DNA from: Candidatus Amesbacteria bacterium GW2011_GWB1_47_19
GTDB lineage: Bacteria; Patescibacteriota; Microgenomatia; CAZETR01; Amesbacteraceae
Reading direction: 5' to 3'
DNA: 64,000 bases
NCBI GenBank assembly: GCA_001002325.1
Contig: LCNZ01000007.1
Location: 26,763-90,762 of the forward strand
Position numbers and translations under genes: made by a program
The notes under the pieces: generated by a model
The model's database searches: none
Seen by the model: the letters and a program-made list of their open reading frames with translations, nothing else
Told to the model about the DNA's origin: nothing
Shown: positions 44,183 through 53,608 of the stretch, piece by piece
How positions within the stretch are numbered: position 1 is the stretch's first letter
Layout: each line of letters begins with the position of its first letter

Positions 44183-47100
44183 ATGGCTACACTTCGCCAA
44201 GGTCCTACGGGTGGTACTAAGAAAAAGCTACCAGTGAGAGGTTTTATGCTGCAGCTGAACCTGGATTTCCAGAAACTGTTGTGGTTGCTGGTGGTGATAT
44301 TGATGGGATTGTCACTTTTGGAGCTGTGGAATAGCGGTAAGCAGACCAGCCAGGAAGTTCAACTGTCGCAAGCGCTGTCTGATATCAAAGACGGCAAGGT
44401 GGAGAAAGTGGAGATTTTCTCGGAACGGCTGTCGCTGAAATATAAAGACAGCAAAGACCAGTTTTTTTCCCGTAAGGAACCGGGGGAAAGTTTTACTGAG
44501 ATTCTGGAGAGGGCAAAGATCCCCGCAGAAGCTGTGCAGTATGAGATAAAAGATGAAACTTTCGGCCAGTTGATAGCGGCGGTATTGCCCAGCGTAATCG
44601 GGACGGGGGTGGTGCTGTTGGTTCTGTTGTATATGTTCCGGCAAGCCAGGGGTGCCCAGGATTCGGTATTTTCTTTCGGCCAGAGCCGGGCAAAATTGTT
44701 TGACAAGGGCAAACAAAGCGTGAAATTTTCGGACGTAGCCGGGGTGGACGAAGCCAAGAAAGAACTGGAAGAAGTGGTGGACTTTTTGAAAAGTCCGGGT
44801 AAATACCGGGCAGTAGGGGCCAGGACTCCCAAAGGGGCGCTTTTGGTGGGACCGTCGGGGGTGGGAAAGTGCGTGACCGGTGATACCATAATATGGACCA
44901 ATAAGGGATTGATGGAGATAAAAGAGGTCCCGCGTTACTATTATGTTGATACAAAATCGCATCGGGTTTACGGGGCAGGACTGGCTGGTTTTGATACGGA
45001 CAAGGTGATATCAAAGGATGAATTCGCTTCCCATTGGTACAATTTGGGTGAACAAGCAACCGTTAAAGTACAGTTGGCGCAGGGGTTTGATATAGAAGGG
45101 ACTCCCGAGCATCCGGTAGTAGTAATGGCCGGAGATGGCAAGTTACGATTTAGAAAATTACAGGATGTGAAACTGGGGGATTATGCTGCCCTGCAGTTTG
45201 GCAGAGGTATGTTTGGGAACTTACAAATGGTGGATGCAGACACGGCTTATCTGATGGGACTATTAACGGGAGATGGAAATATGAGTCATGCTAGTAGGGT
45301 GGGGTTGACTAATATTGATCCGGAAATAATCTCGTTTTTTGAAAATTATATAAAGAAGAGATATCCGGAGAATGCGATTACAGTGAGACAGCAGTCCTAT
45401 CTGGTGTCCAGTTGGCAATTTAAACGATCTCTTTATGAGATGGGGATGTCTTATCTGTTATCTTTTGATAAGAGTGTGCCGGTGACGATATTACAGGCAT
45501 CGAGAGGAATTCAGATAATGTTTTTGAGGGGTCTGTTTGATACTGACGCCAGTGTGGAGAAGAGCAGGGCGACGATAGAGTATACAACCGTTAGCGAAAA
45601 AATGGCTAAACAGATACAAATGATGCTATTGAATATGGGGGTGGTAGCCTATTTGAATGTCAAAGGAAAAACTGAAAATGGTTATTATCGGCCTGTTTAT
45701 CGTTTGAACATAACCGGGTCCCCGTTCGTGGAATTCAGCAGGCAAATTGGGTTCGGTTTGGTTAGAAAACAACGACTTTTGGAAAGGCATGTGGAGAAAA
45801 TGGGACGAGTGAATACTAATATTGATGTAATTCCCGGAGTCGGAGGGATGATAGAAGAAGCGTGGAGGTTGATTTCCGCTCGTAAGATGAGCAATGAAAA
45901 ACTATCAAAGACGGTTGATAAAGTGAGGAATAGGAATAGGGTTTCCAGACAAACACTAGAGGATTTTGTGGAGTATTCCAGCCAGACGGGAATGGAGATG
46001 CCTGACCTGGAGTATTTGGGAAATTTGTTGGAAGCTAAGCTGTTTTTTTCAAAAGTAGTAGAAAAAACGGAAAATAAGGGTGTGGTTTATGATTTTACCG
46101 TGCCTCAAACACATAGTTTTTTGGGAAACGGATTTGTAAATCATAATACACTGTTGGCCAGGGCGGTGGCGGGAGAAGCGGGAGTACCGTTTTTTTCAAT
46201 GGCAGGATCGGAGTTTATGGAAATGCTGGTGGGGGTGGGAAGTGCCCGGGTGAGGGATTTGTTTAACACAGCTAAAAAAGCAGCCCCGTCAATTATTTTT
46301 ATTGATGAAATTGACGCTATCGGAAGGCAGCGGGGACACGGGTTGATGGGTGGGCACGATGAAAGGGAACAAACATTGAATCAGATACTGGTGGAGATGG
46401 ACGGATTTACGCCTAATGATAATGTGGTGGTGCTGGCGGCAACAAACAGAGGGGATCTGCTGGATCCTGCACTTTTACGGCCCGGCAGGTTTGACCGGCG
46501 GGTGGTGGTGGATATGCCTGACATTGAAGGACGGAAAGCAATTCTGGCAATTTATGCCCGAAATAAACCAATAGCCGAAGGAGTGGATTGGAGTGCGGTG
46601 GCGAGAAGGACAGTCGGGTTTTCCGGAGCGGATCTGGAAAATATGCTGAATGAAGCGGCGATTGGTGTAGCCCGGGAAAACCACAAGACCATGACGATGC
46701 AGGATATCGAGGAAGCAGCTACGAAAGTAAAGCTGGGTCCGCAAAAGAAGCGGATGCAATCCGAGGAGGACCGGAAAATGACGGCTTACCATGAGGTGGG
46801 ACATGCGATTGTGACGTGGGCCCAACCGGGGATGGATCCGGTGCACAGGATATCGATTGTGTCGCGGGGAATGACATTGGGACATACGCTGGTGCCACCG
46901 TCGACGGACAGGGTACATGAGACTAAAAACCGGCTGTTGTCACAGGTGGCCATGATGCTGGGGGGAAGAGCTGCGGAAGAGATGGTTTTTTCCGAGGTCA
47001 CTACCGGTGCGGCTAATGATATTGATAAAGCCACCAGAGTAGCCCGGGATATGGTGATGGAGTACGGCATGAGCAGTCTGGGACCCGTCAATTACGGACC

Positions 47101-47329
47101 GCAGCAGGATATGGTGGAATGGGGACGGACTTATATTGAGCAGCCGCCTATTTCGCAGGAAATGCAGGCAAAGATTGATACGGAAGTAAAAAGAATCATG
47201 GACGAAGGATATCTGAAGGCGGTTGCCATATTAAAAAAATACCGGAAAAGGCTGGATGCCGTATCGCTGAGACTTCTGGAAATTGAAACTATGGACGGGG
47301 ATGAGTTTGAGAAGATCATGAAGGCGTAA
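44183..47329 (+). CDS. ftsH: ATP-dependent zinc metalloprotease FtsH, intein-containing
   Basis: 2 TM; split Walker A GPSGVGK^T, FIDEID, RPGRFDR and HEVGH; 622 aa after splicing. Confidence 0.97.
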   Translation: MATLRQGPTGGTKKKLPVRGFMLQLNLDFQKLLWLLVVILMGLSLLELWNSGKQTSQEVQLSQALSDIKDGKVEKVEIFSERLSLKYKDSKDQFFSRKEPGESFTEILERAKIPAEAVQYEIKDETFGQLIAAVLPSVIGTGVVLLVLLYMFRQARGAQDSVFSFGQSRAKLFDKGKQSVKFSDVAGVDEAKKELEEVVDFLKSPGKYRAVGARTPKGALLVGPSGVGKCVTGDTIIWTNKGLMEIKEVPRYYYVDTKSHRVYGAGLAGFDTDKVISKDEFASHWYNLGEQATVKVQLAQGFDIEGTPEHPVVVMAGDGKLRFRKLQDVKLGDYAALQFGRGMFGNLQMVDADTAYLMGLLTGDGNMSHASRVGLTNIDPEIISFFENYIKKRYPENAITVRQQSYLVSSWQFKRSLYEMGMSYLLSFDKSVPVTILQASRGIQIMFLRGLFDTDASVEKSRATIEYTTVSEKMAKQIQMMLLNMGVVAYLNVKGKTENGYYRPVYRLNITGSPFVEFSRQIGFGLVRKQRLLERHVEKMGRVNTNIDVIPGVGGMIEEAWRLISARKMSNEKLSKTVDKVRNRNRVSRQTLEDFVEYSSQTGMEMPDLEYLGNLLEAKLFFSKVVEKTENKGVVYDFTVPQTHSFLGNGFVNHNTLLARAVAGEAGVPFFSMAGSEFMEMLVGVGSARVRDLFNTAKKAAPSIIFIDEIDAIGRQRGHGLMGGHDEREQTLNQILVEMDGFTPNDNVVVLAATNRGDLLDPALLRPGRFDRRVVVDMPDIEGRKAILAIYARNKPIAEGVDWSAVARRTVGFSGADLENMLNEAAIGVARENHKTMTMQDIEEAATKVKLGPQKKRMQSEEDRKMTAYHEVGHAIVTWAQPGMDPVHRISIVSRGMTLGHTLVPPSTDRVHETKNRLLSQVAMMLGGRAAEEMVFSEVTTGAANDIDKATRVARDMVMEYGMSSLGPVNYGPQQDMVEWGRTYIEQPPISQEMQAKIDTEVKRIMDEGYLKAVAILKKYRKRLDAVSLRLLEIETMDGDEFEKIMKA
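44870..46147 (+). mobile_element. Intein with LAGLIDADG homing endonuclease (426 aa)
   Basis: Starts CVTGDT; TPEHP block B; LMGLLTGDG and [10 protein letters not shown]; ends [18 protein letters not shown]; +1 residue is Thr. Confidence 0.96.
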
Positions 47330-47338
47330 AATAAGAGG

Positions 47339-48262
47339 ATGAACAAATTGTTACTGGTTGACGGGAATGCGGTGCTGCACCGGGCATATTATGCCCTGCC
47401 GGATTGGAGAAACAGATCCGGGGAGGCGACGGCGGGAGTATACGGATTTTTGTCCATGATTTTGAAAGCGATTGAGGAGCTGAAGCCGACGCATCTGGCA
47501 GTAGTGTTTGACTGCCCGGAACCAACCTTCAGACACACCATGTACGTGGGGTATCAGGTGACGCGGGAGAAGGACAGGCAGGTATCGGAAGATATCTGGG
47601 GACAAGTGGAGAAATTGAAGATCGTATTTGAAAAAATGGGGGTTCCGGTATTTGCCGTACCCAGTTTCGAGGCGGATGACGTGATAGGTACTCTGGCGAA
47701 GCAGTCGACGGACGGAGAAGTAATTATTATTACAGGGGACAGGGATCTGATGCAGTTGGTAAATGAAAAAGTGAAACTATTTATGCCGCAAAAAGGTCTT
47801 TCTGATGCGGTGCTGGTCGACGGCGAAAAAGTCATACAAAGACTGGGAGTGCATCCGAAGCAAGTTGTGGACTACAAGGGGCTGATGGGAGACAGCAGTG
47901 ATAATTATCCGGGAGTGGCGGGTATCGGGCCGAAAACCGCGGCGCACCTGCTGGCGGAGCACGGTTCGCTTAAAGATATTTATAAACAAATCACAAATAC
48001 AAAACCGAATGATACGAAGAAACCGAAGATAGTACCCGCTATCACCGACAAATTGATAAAGGGCTATGATGCGGCGATGCTGTCGAAACAATTGGCGACG
48101 ATCAGAACTGACGTGCCGGTGAGTTGGGAGCCGGAAAAGGCTTCGGTTCCGAGTGAAGAAAAAATACTGGCAGTACTGAAGGAATTGGGGTATAAGAGCT
48201 TAGTAAAACGAATCAACCAGAATGAAGAGATTGATGAAAACCAACAAAAATTGTTTGAGTAG
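47339..48262 (+). CDS. Stand-alone 5'-3' exonuclease / flap endonuclease (Pol I N-terminal-like)
   Basis: LVDG..LHRAY, EADDVIG, TGDRD and GDSSDNYPGV.GIGPKTA motifs. Confidence 0.93.
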   Translation: MNKLLLVDGNAVLHRAYYALPDWRNRSGEATAGVYGFLSMILKAIEELKPTHLAVVFDCPEPTFRHTMYVGYQVTREKDRQVSEDIWGQVEKLKIVFEKMGVPVFAVPSFEADDVIGTLAKQSTDGEVIIITGDRDLMQLVNEKVKLFMPQKGLSDAVLVDGEKVIQRLGVHPKQVVDYKGLMGDSSDNYPGVAGIGPKTAAHLLAEHGSLKDIYKQITNTKPNDTKKPKIVPAITDKLIKGYDAAMLSKQLATIRTDVPVSWEPEKASVPSEEKILAVLKELGYKSLVKRINQNEEIDENQQKLFE

Positions 48263-48268
48263 GAAAAT

Positions 48269-49438
48269 ATGAATGTTGCTTTGGTACATGATTACCTGAA
48301 GGAACCCGGGGGGGCGGAAGCGGTACTGATAGCTTTGAAAGAAATCTGGCCGGAAGCACCGGTCTATACGGCGTATAAGTTTCCCCGTTTTTGGGGAAGA
48401 TATAAAACGATGTTGGACAAATGGGTGATACATGAAAGCTGGGGAAAATATTTACCATTCCTGCCGAAGTTACTGAGCCACTACACCATCCTGTCTCCGC
48501 TGTTTTTTGAGAGTTTTGATTTGACGAAATATGACCTGGTAGTGGTTTCGGCTGCCGGCGGATATTTTCCAAACGCTGTGAAAATCGGGCCGAAGACAAA
48601 GCTGGTGACTTATTGCCATACCCCCCCCCGGTTTCTGTACGGATATGATACGGCGACAAAAGAGCGATTTAAGTGGTATTGGAGACCGGTTTCAGAAATT
48701 GCCAACCATATTTTACGGATGGTGGATTTTAAGCTGGCCCAAAGACCGCATTTGTTTATTGCCAATTCGAAAAATGTCAGAAACAGGATAAGGAAGTTTT
48801 ACAGAAGAGAGGCGGAGGTGGTGTATCCCCCGATTGAAATTCAAAATTCAAAAAATAAAAATCAAATCAAAAACAAGCAAAGCTTGCGCTACGCGAATAA
48901 AAATCAAATATTCAAAAGGGATTATTTTGTGATTGTGTCGAGAATTATCGGATCAAAAAATATCGAACTGGCGGTGGAGGCGGCGAACCAGTTTAAGTTT
49001 AAGTTGAAGATAGCAGGGAGACCAATTGGTAAAGGCGGAGATGAGATTGCTGCTAAAATCCGGGGGAAATATACAGAATACCTGGGGGAGGTAAGCGAGG
49101 ACGGAAAGGCAAATTTATTGGCAGGAGCGAAGGCTTTTCTGGCACTGGAAAAAGATGCAGATTTCGGGATGACAGCAGTGGAGCCTCAGGTTTACGGAAC
49201 ACCGGTGATTGCTTTTCGAAACGGGGGATATCTGGAGGCGGTGGAGAAAAATAAAACGGGAATATTTTTTGATGAACTGACCCCGAAAGGACTGTGGAGT
49301 GCTATCGGCCAGTTTAATAAAATGAAGTGGAATAGAAAGTTAATCCAAAATAATGCAGCCAAATTTTCCAAAGAGAGATTTATCCGGGAAATATTAATCC
49401 AAATTAATAATATAAATAAACATGCCGGAATTGCCTGA
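48269..49438 (+). CDS. Glycosyltransferase family 4
   Basis: VHDYL..GGAE, YCHTP and DFGMTAVE...GTPVIA motifs. Confidence 0.92.
   Translation: MNVALVHDYLKEPGGAEAVLIALKEIWPEAPVYTAYKFPRFWGRYKTMLDKWVIHESWGKYLPFLPKLLSHYTILSPLFFESFDLTKYDLVVVSAAGGYFPNAVKIGPKTKLVTYCHTPPRFLYGYDTATKERFKWYWRPVSEIANHILRMVDFKLAQRPHLFIANSKNVRNRIRKFYRREAEVVYPPIEIQNSKNKNQIKNKQSLRYANKNQIFKRDYFVIVSRIIGSKNIELAVEAANQFKFKLKIAGRPIGKGGDEIAAKIRGKYTEYLGEVSEDGKANLLAGAKAFLALEKDADFGMTAVEPQVYGTPVIAFRNGGYLEAVEKNKTGIFFDELTPKGLWSAIGQFNKMKWNRKLIQNNAAKFSKERFIREILIQINNINKHAGIA
48836..48913 (+). repeat. In-frame heptamer array with nested GC core (GT4)
   Basis: GAAATTC AAAATTC AAAAAAT AAAAATC AAATC AAAAACA plus core GCAAAGCTTGCGCTACGCGA. Confidence 0.8.
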
Positions 49439-50306
49439 GATCGAGACGATCAGGATGCAGCTGAGAAAAGTTCTGCCGGGAAAAATAATTAATAAAATAG
49501 AGGTGTTGAAGCCGAAATCGTTTCAGGGAAAGAAGGAGCTGGTAGAGGGGAAGAGAGTGGTGGGGGTGAAGAGATTGGCGAAAGTACTGTTGATAGACCT
49601 CGAAGGTGATATAGATATCGCGATACATTTTAAGATGACGGGACAACTCGTCTGGGTACCGGACGATAATTTTCAACATTTAAAAAAAAGGGTGGTGGGG
49701 GGGCATCCCACAGCCGATTTTGTAGGGACATTGCCGAGTAAGCATACGAGGGTGGTATTGCATATGGATTCCGGGACTTTGTATTTTAACGACCAGAGGA
49801 TTTTCGGGTGGGTGAAGGCGGGGACGAAAGAGGAGATTGCTAATATGAAGTTTTTGAAAGAATTGGGGCCGGAGCCCATGAATATTTCTGAGGAAGAATT
49901 CATTAAACTGATAAGTAAACGGAAAAAGCCGGTAAAGCTGGTGTTGATGGATCAGACAGAGATTTCTGGTGTGGGAAATATTTATGCAAACGATGCCTGC
50001 TGGGAAGCAAAAGTTAACCCCCGGCGGCTGGCAAATTCTTTGACCAGGAGGCAATATCAGGATTTATATCGGGGGGTGATTAAGGTCCTGGAAGAGGGGA
50101 TAAAGTACGGGGGAGCGACAGCGGCGGATGCGAAATATATTGATTTGCACGGCTTGGGCGGTCATTATCAGGAGCATTTCCGGGTGTATGACCGGGAAGG
50201 GGAAGAGTGCAGAAGACCTGCCTGCCGGCAGGCAGGTGGAGGAATAATTCACCGGCTGGCTTTGGGGGGAAGAGGGACCTACTTTTGCCCCAAGTGTCAA
50301 ATATAA
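49422..50306 (+). CDS. mutM: Formamidopyrimidine-DNA glycosylase
   Basis: MPELPE, HFKMTG and GVGNIYA motifs; C-terminal zinc finger carries an insertion. Confidence 0.96.
   Translation: MPELPEIETIRMQLRKVLPGKIINKIEVLKPKSFQGKKELVEGKRVVGVKRLAKVLLIDLEGDIDIAIHFKMTGQLVWVPDDNFQHLKKRVVGGHPTADFVGTLPSKHTRVVLHMDSGTLYFNDQRIFGWVKAGTKEEIANMKFLKELGPEPMNISEEEFIKLISKRKKPVKLVLMDQTEISGVGNIYANDACWEAKVNPRRLANSLTRRQYQDLYRGVIKVLEEGIKYGGATAADAKYIDLHGLGGHYQEHFRVYDREGEECRRPACRQAGGGIIHRLALGGRGTYFCPKCQI
50216..50237. repeat. Perfect 22-bp palindrome ACCTGCCTGCCGGCAGGCAGGT in mutM
   Basis: Near-copies at 9125-9144 and 38666-38685. Confidence 0.92.
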
Positions 50307-50353
50307 ATACGCTGTATGGGCATAAGTTGAGTAAAATGTGATATGATGTGTTC

Positions 50354-50661
50354 ATGGTAGGGGAAGCAGACCGGGAAACCCAGGGGGGTGCGAGGTTAAA
50401 AACAAGAAGGGATATTGCCATGAAGAGGGGGGGTTTGAGTGTTCTTTGGGGAGATTTGGAAGCTGCACAGACGGGACCGTTCGGGATGGAGAATTAGATG
50501 GTAGAAGTCTTACAAGACTTAAGTCGGTTAGAGATGAAGAAACGGCCGGATATGCGTTTCGTCAAATTGAGAGACTTGTTGATAGGGGAATGGGATGGAG
50601 AAGGGCTGTCCAGGTAGCGGATAGATTGACCGAAAAGCAGTTTCAGGCAAAGCGTGAGTAA
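50354..50661 (+). pseudogene. Small Cys-containing ORF split by a frameshift, probably at a G tract
   Basis: ATG at 50354 follows TATGAT-6 nt; adding one G at 50383-50388 joins it to the 50446-50661 ORF. Confidence 0.45.
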
Positions 50662-50677
50662 CGGTTATAATTAGCGG

Positions 50678-51652
50678 GTGATAATTACCCAGACTCCACT
50701 GAGAATCAGTTTTGCCGGAGGGGGGACTGATTTTCCGGATTTTTTCAATAAGCATCGGGGCAGAGTGGTGTCCATGGCGGTAGATAAATATATTTATTGC
50801 GTGGTCAAGGAAAGGTTTGATGATTTGATAGTAGTGGGGTATACCAAACGGGAAGTAGTGGAAAAAGTGGCGGAGATTGGGCATGAACTGGTGCGGGAAG
50901 CAATGCGTAAAACCGGGGTGAAGAAGGGAGTGGAAATCACTTTTTTGTCGGATATTCCTTCGGCCGGATCCGGATTGGGGTCATCGTCGGCAGTGACGGT
51001 GGGAGTGTTGAACGCTTTGTATCAATACCGGGGCAAGGCTGTGGAAGCGGTGAAGTTAGCCGAGGAAGCATGCGAAATAGAAATTGAAATTCTGGGGAAA
51101 CCGGTCGGAGTACAGGACCAGTATATTGCGGCCTTCGGGGGGATAAGATACATGGAGTTTTCCGGGCGGGGAGTGAAAGTGTCGGAAGTGGCCGTAAACG
51201 GAGAAACGAAAGACGATTTGGAAAAACAACTGATGGTATTTTATACGGGCCGAACCAGGCAGGCGGAAGAGGTGCTGGCAGAGCAGAAGGAAAATATTTC
51301 CAAAAAGACCAAGCTGCTAAATCAAATGGTCGATCAGGCAGTGAAAGCTAAAGAGTTTTTGGAGCGGGGGAGGATAGAGGATTTGGGGAAACTGTTGAAT
51401 AAGGGGTGGCAGCTAAAAAAACAGATGGCGAGCAGGATCAGTGACCGGGAGATTGACGACAAGTACCGGGCGGCTGTCAAGGCCGGAGCATGGGGCGGGA
51501 AAATATGCGGTGCCGGCGGGGGAGGATTTTTGATGCTTCTGGTACCCGGTAATCGGCGGGATGCCGTCCGGCGGGCGGTGAACGGATGGCGGGAAGTACC
51601 ATTCGGCCCGGCGATGGACGGAAGCAAAGTGATTTTTAACGTGAGAAGATAG
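50678..51652 (+). CDS. GHMP kinase (HddA-like sugar-phosphate kinase)
   Basis: PLRISFAGGGTD, GSGLGSS, GVQDQY and GAGGGG motifs. Confidence 0.92.
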   Translation: MIITQTPLRISFAGGGTDFPDFFNKHRGRVVSMAVDKYIYCVVKERFDDLIVVGYTKREVVEKVAEIGHELVREAMRKTGVKKGVEITFLSDIPSAGSGLGSSSAVTVGVLNALYQYRGKAVEAVKLAEEACEIEIEILGKPVGVQDQYIAAFGGIRYMEFSGRGVKVSEVAVNGETKDDLEKQLMVFYTGRTRQAEEVLAEQKENISKKTKLLNQMVDQAVKAKEFLERGRIEDLGKLLNKGWQLKKQMASRISDREIDDKYRAAVKAGAWGGKICGAGGGGFLMLLVPGNRRDAVRRAVNGWREVPFGPAMDGSKVIFNVRR

Positions 51653-51661
51653 GACAGGATC

Positions 51662-52711
51662 ATGCGGATACTGCAGGTGATATTGAAGAATTTCAGGAAT
51701 TATAAGGAGGCTGAGTTTGAACCGGAAGTAAAGACGGTGGTATACGGATCAAACGGGAGTGGGAAAAGTAACCTGTTGGAGGCCATCTATCTGGCTGCCA
51801 CAGGGAAAAGCTTCAGAGCGGAGAGAGATGACGAGATGATCAGATACGGGGAGAAATTTTCAATTTTAAATTTTCAATTTTTAAATAATTCTCAAATTTT
51901 CAATTTCCAAATCACCTTAACTGACGGGAGTATAGGGGTGACCAGGAAGAAATTTGAAGTGAACGGGATACCCAAGAGGATGGTGGATTTTGCGGGCAGA
52001 CTGAGGGCGGTGCTTTTCGGACCACAGGATATTGAGCTGGTGACGGGAAACCCAAGCGGGAGGAGACGATATCTGGATTTTGTAATTTTTCAGACAGACA
52101 GGGAATACAGAAGATGCCATTTGTCATATGAAAAGGGCTTACGACAAAGGAATAAACTGCTGGATTTTATCAGGGACGGAGCAGCAGGCAGGAACCAGCT
52201 GTTTTTTTGGGACAAATTGCTGATAAAGAACGGGGAGTACATTACTCAAAAAAGAACCGAATATATTGAATTTTTAAATGGTTTCAAAGAGGCAGGGGGG
52301 CAGAGATACAAAGTGGAATATGACAAAAGCCTGATTTCCCAGGTGAGACTGGAGCAGTATGCCCAAGAGGAGATCGCTGCAGGTAATACACTGGTGGGAC
52401 CACATAGGGATGACTTCGTCATTAAAATTCAAAATGATTGGAAGGATGTGAGTAAATATGGATCCCGGGGGGAGCAGAGGATGGCGGTATTGTGGCTGAA
52501 ACTGGGGGAGTTAAAGTTTTTGTCGGAGGATGTACAGCAACCGGTATTGCTGCTTGATGATATTTTTTCGGAATTGGACCACAAACACAGACGTGAGATA
52601 GAGATAGAGATAGAGAGCCTGGTGGAGAAAGGGGGACAGGTGATCATGACTACTGCCGATGAGCATCTGGTGCCGACCGACGGATGGAATATAATTAAAT
52701 TACCAATTTGA
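51662..52711 (+). CDS. recF: DNA replication/repair protein RecF
   Basis: NFRNY, GSNGSGKSN, GPHRDD, GSRGEQR and LLDDIFSELD motifs. Confidence 0.96.
   Translation: MRILQVILKNFRNYKEAEFEPEVKTVVYGSNGSGKSNLLEAIYLAATGKSFRAERDDEMIRYGEKFSILNFQFLNNSQIFNFQITLTDGSIGVTRKKFEVNGIPKRMVDFAGRLRAVLFGPQDIELVTGNPSGRRRYLDFVIFQTDREYRRCHLSYEKGLRQRNKLLDFIRDGAAGRNQLFFWDKLLIKNGEYITQKRTEYIEFLNGFKEAGGQRYKVEYDKSLISQVRLEQYAQEEIAAGNTLVGPHRDDFVIKIQNDWKDVSKYGSRGEQRMAVLWLKLGELKFLSEDVQQPVLLLDDIFSELDHKHRREIEIEIESLVEKGGQVIMTTADEHLVPTDGWNIIKLPI
51855..51908 (+). repeat. In-frame 54-nt heptamer array (recF)
   Basis: AATTTTC AATTTTA AATTTTC AATTTTT AAAT AATTCTC AAATTTTC AATTTCC. Confidence 0.9.
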
Positions 52712-52737
52712 AATATTAAATTTGAAATCAATTTGCA

Positions 52738-53601
52738 ATGATTCAATTTTCAACAGATCAATTAAAAGAGTTGTGGCAACCAAAAGTTGATTCATATGGG
52801 GAGGATAACGGACAAGTGACAATTATCGGGGGATCAAGACTGTTTCACGGGGCACCGATTCTGGCCCTGAGAGCGGCATCACGGTTGGCGGACATGGTAT
52901 TTTTTGCCTCACCGGAGCCAACATCGGGGGAAGTGGCGGCGAAGATTAAATCCAAACTCTCAAGTTTTATCTGGGTACCATGGGGGGAAGTTGAAGAGTA
53001 TATCAAGAAATCCGACGCAGTACTTATAGGGCCAGGATTGATGCGCTTTAAGCGGGAAGATTCAAGATTTAAGATTCAGGATTTAAGAAAAAGTTTAGAT
53101 GAAGCAGGAACTTTGACCAGGTCTATAACAAAATATTTGTTACAAAAATTTCCTGAAAAACAGTGGGTGATTGACGGGGGGAGTCTGCAAGTGATGGAGG
53201 CGGAGTGGATACCTAAAAATGCCATTTTGACGCCGAACCGGAAGGAGTATGAATCGCTGTTTAAATTTCAATTTTCAATTTCCAATTTTCAAACATTTGC
53301 CCAAAAATATAAATGCGTTATTGTGTATAAAAACCCTGTGAGTTACGTAACTGATGGGGAGATGACTTATGAAATAACCGGAGGTAATGCTGGTTTGACC
53401 AAAGGGGGGACCGGGGATGTACTTGCGGGAGTGACGGCCGGTTTGGCGGCTAAAAACGTACGGATGTTGGCAGCAGGTGCGGCTATCTGGTTGGTGAAAA
53501 AGACAGCCGATATGTTATTTGAGAAGGTGGGATATGCTTATAACGCGGACATGCTGGCGGAGGAAATTTTTGAGACATACCGGCAGTTTGTGGTAGATTG
53601 A
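52738..53601 (+). CDS. nnrD: NAD(P)H-hydrate dehydratase
   Basis: IIGGS..FHGA, IGPGL, LTPN..E and GGTGDVLAG motifs. Confidence 0.9.
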   Translation: MIQFSTDQLKELWQPKVDSYGEDNGQVTIIGGSRLFHGAPILALRAASRLADMVFFASPEPTSGEVAAKIKSKLSSFIWVPWGEVEEYIKKSDAVLIGPGLMRFKREDSRFKIQDLRKSLDEAGTLTRSITKYLLQKFPEKQWVIDGGSLQVMEAEWIPKNAILTPNRKEYESLFKFQFSISNFQTFAQKYKCVIVYKNPVSYVTDGEMTYEITGGNAGLTKGGTGDVLAGVTAGLAAKNVRMLAAGAAIWLVKKTADMLFEKVGYAYNADMLAEEIFETYRQFVVD

Positions 53602-53608
53602 TGAAGCT

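Noticed and set aside
47986-48030. Possible degenerate array in the flap endonuclease (QITNTKPNDTKKPK), also 59284-59310 and 4647-4667
   Set aside because: Periodicity is too eroded to assign confidently by eye.
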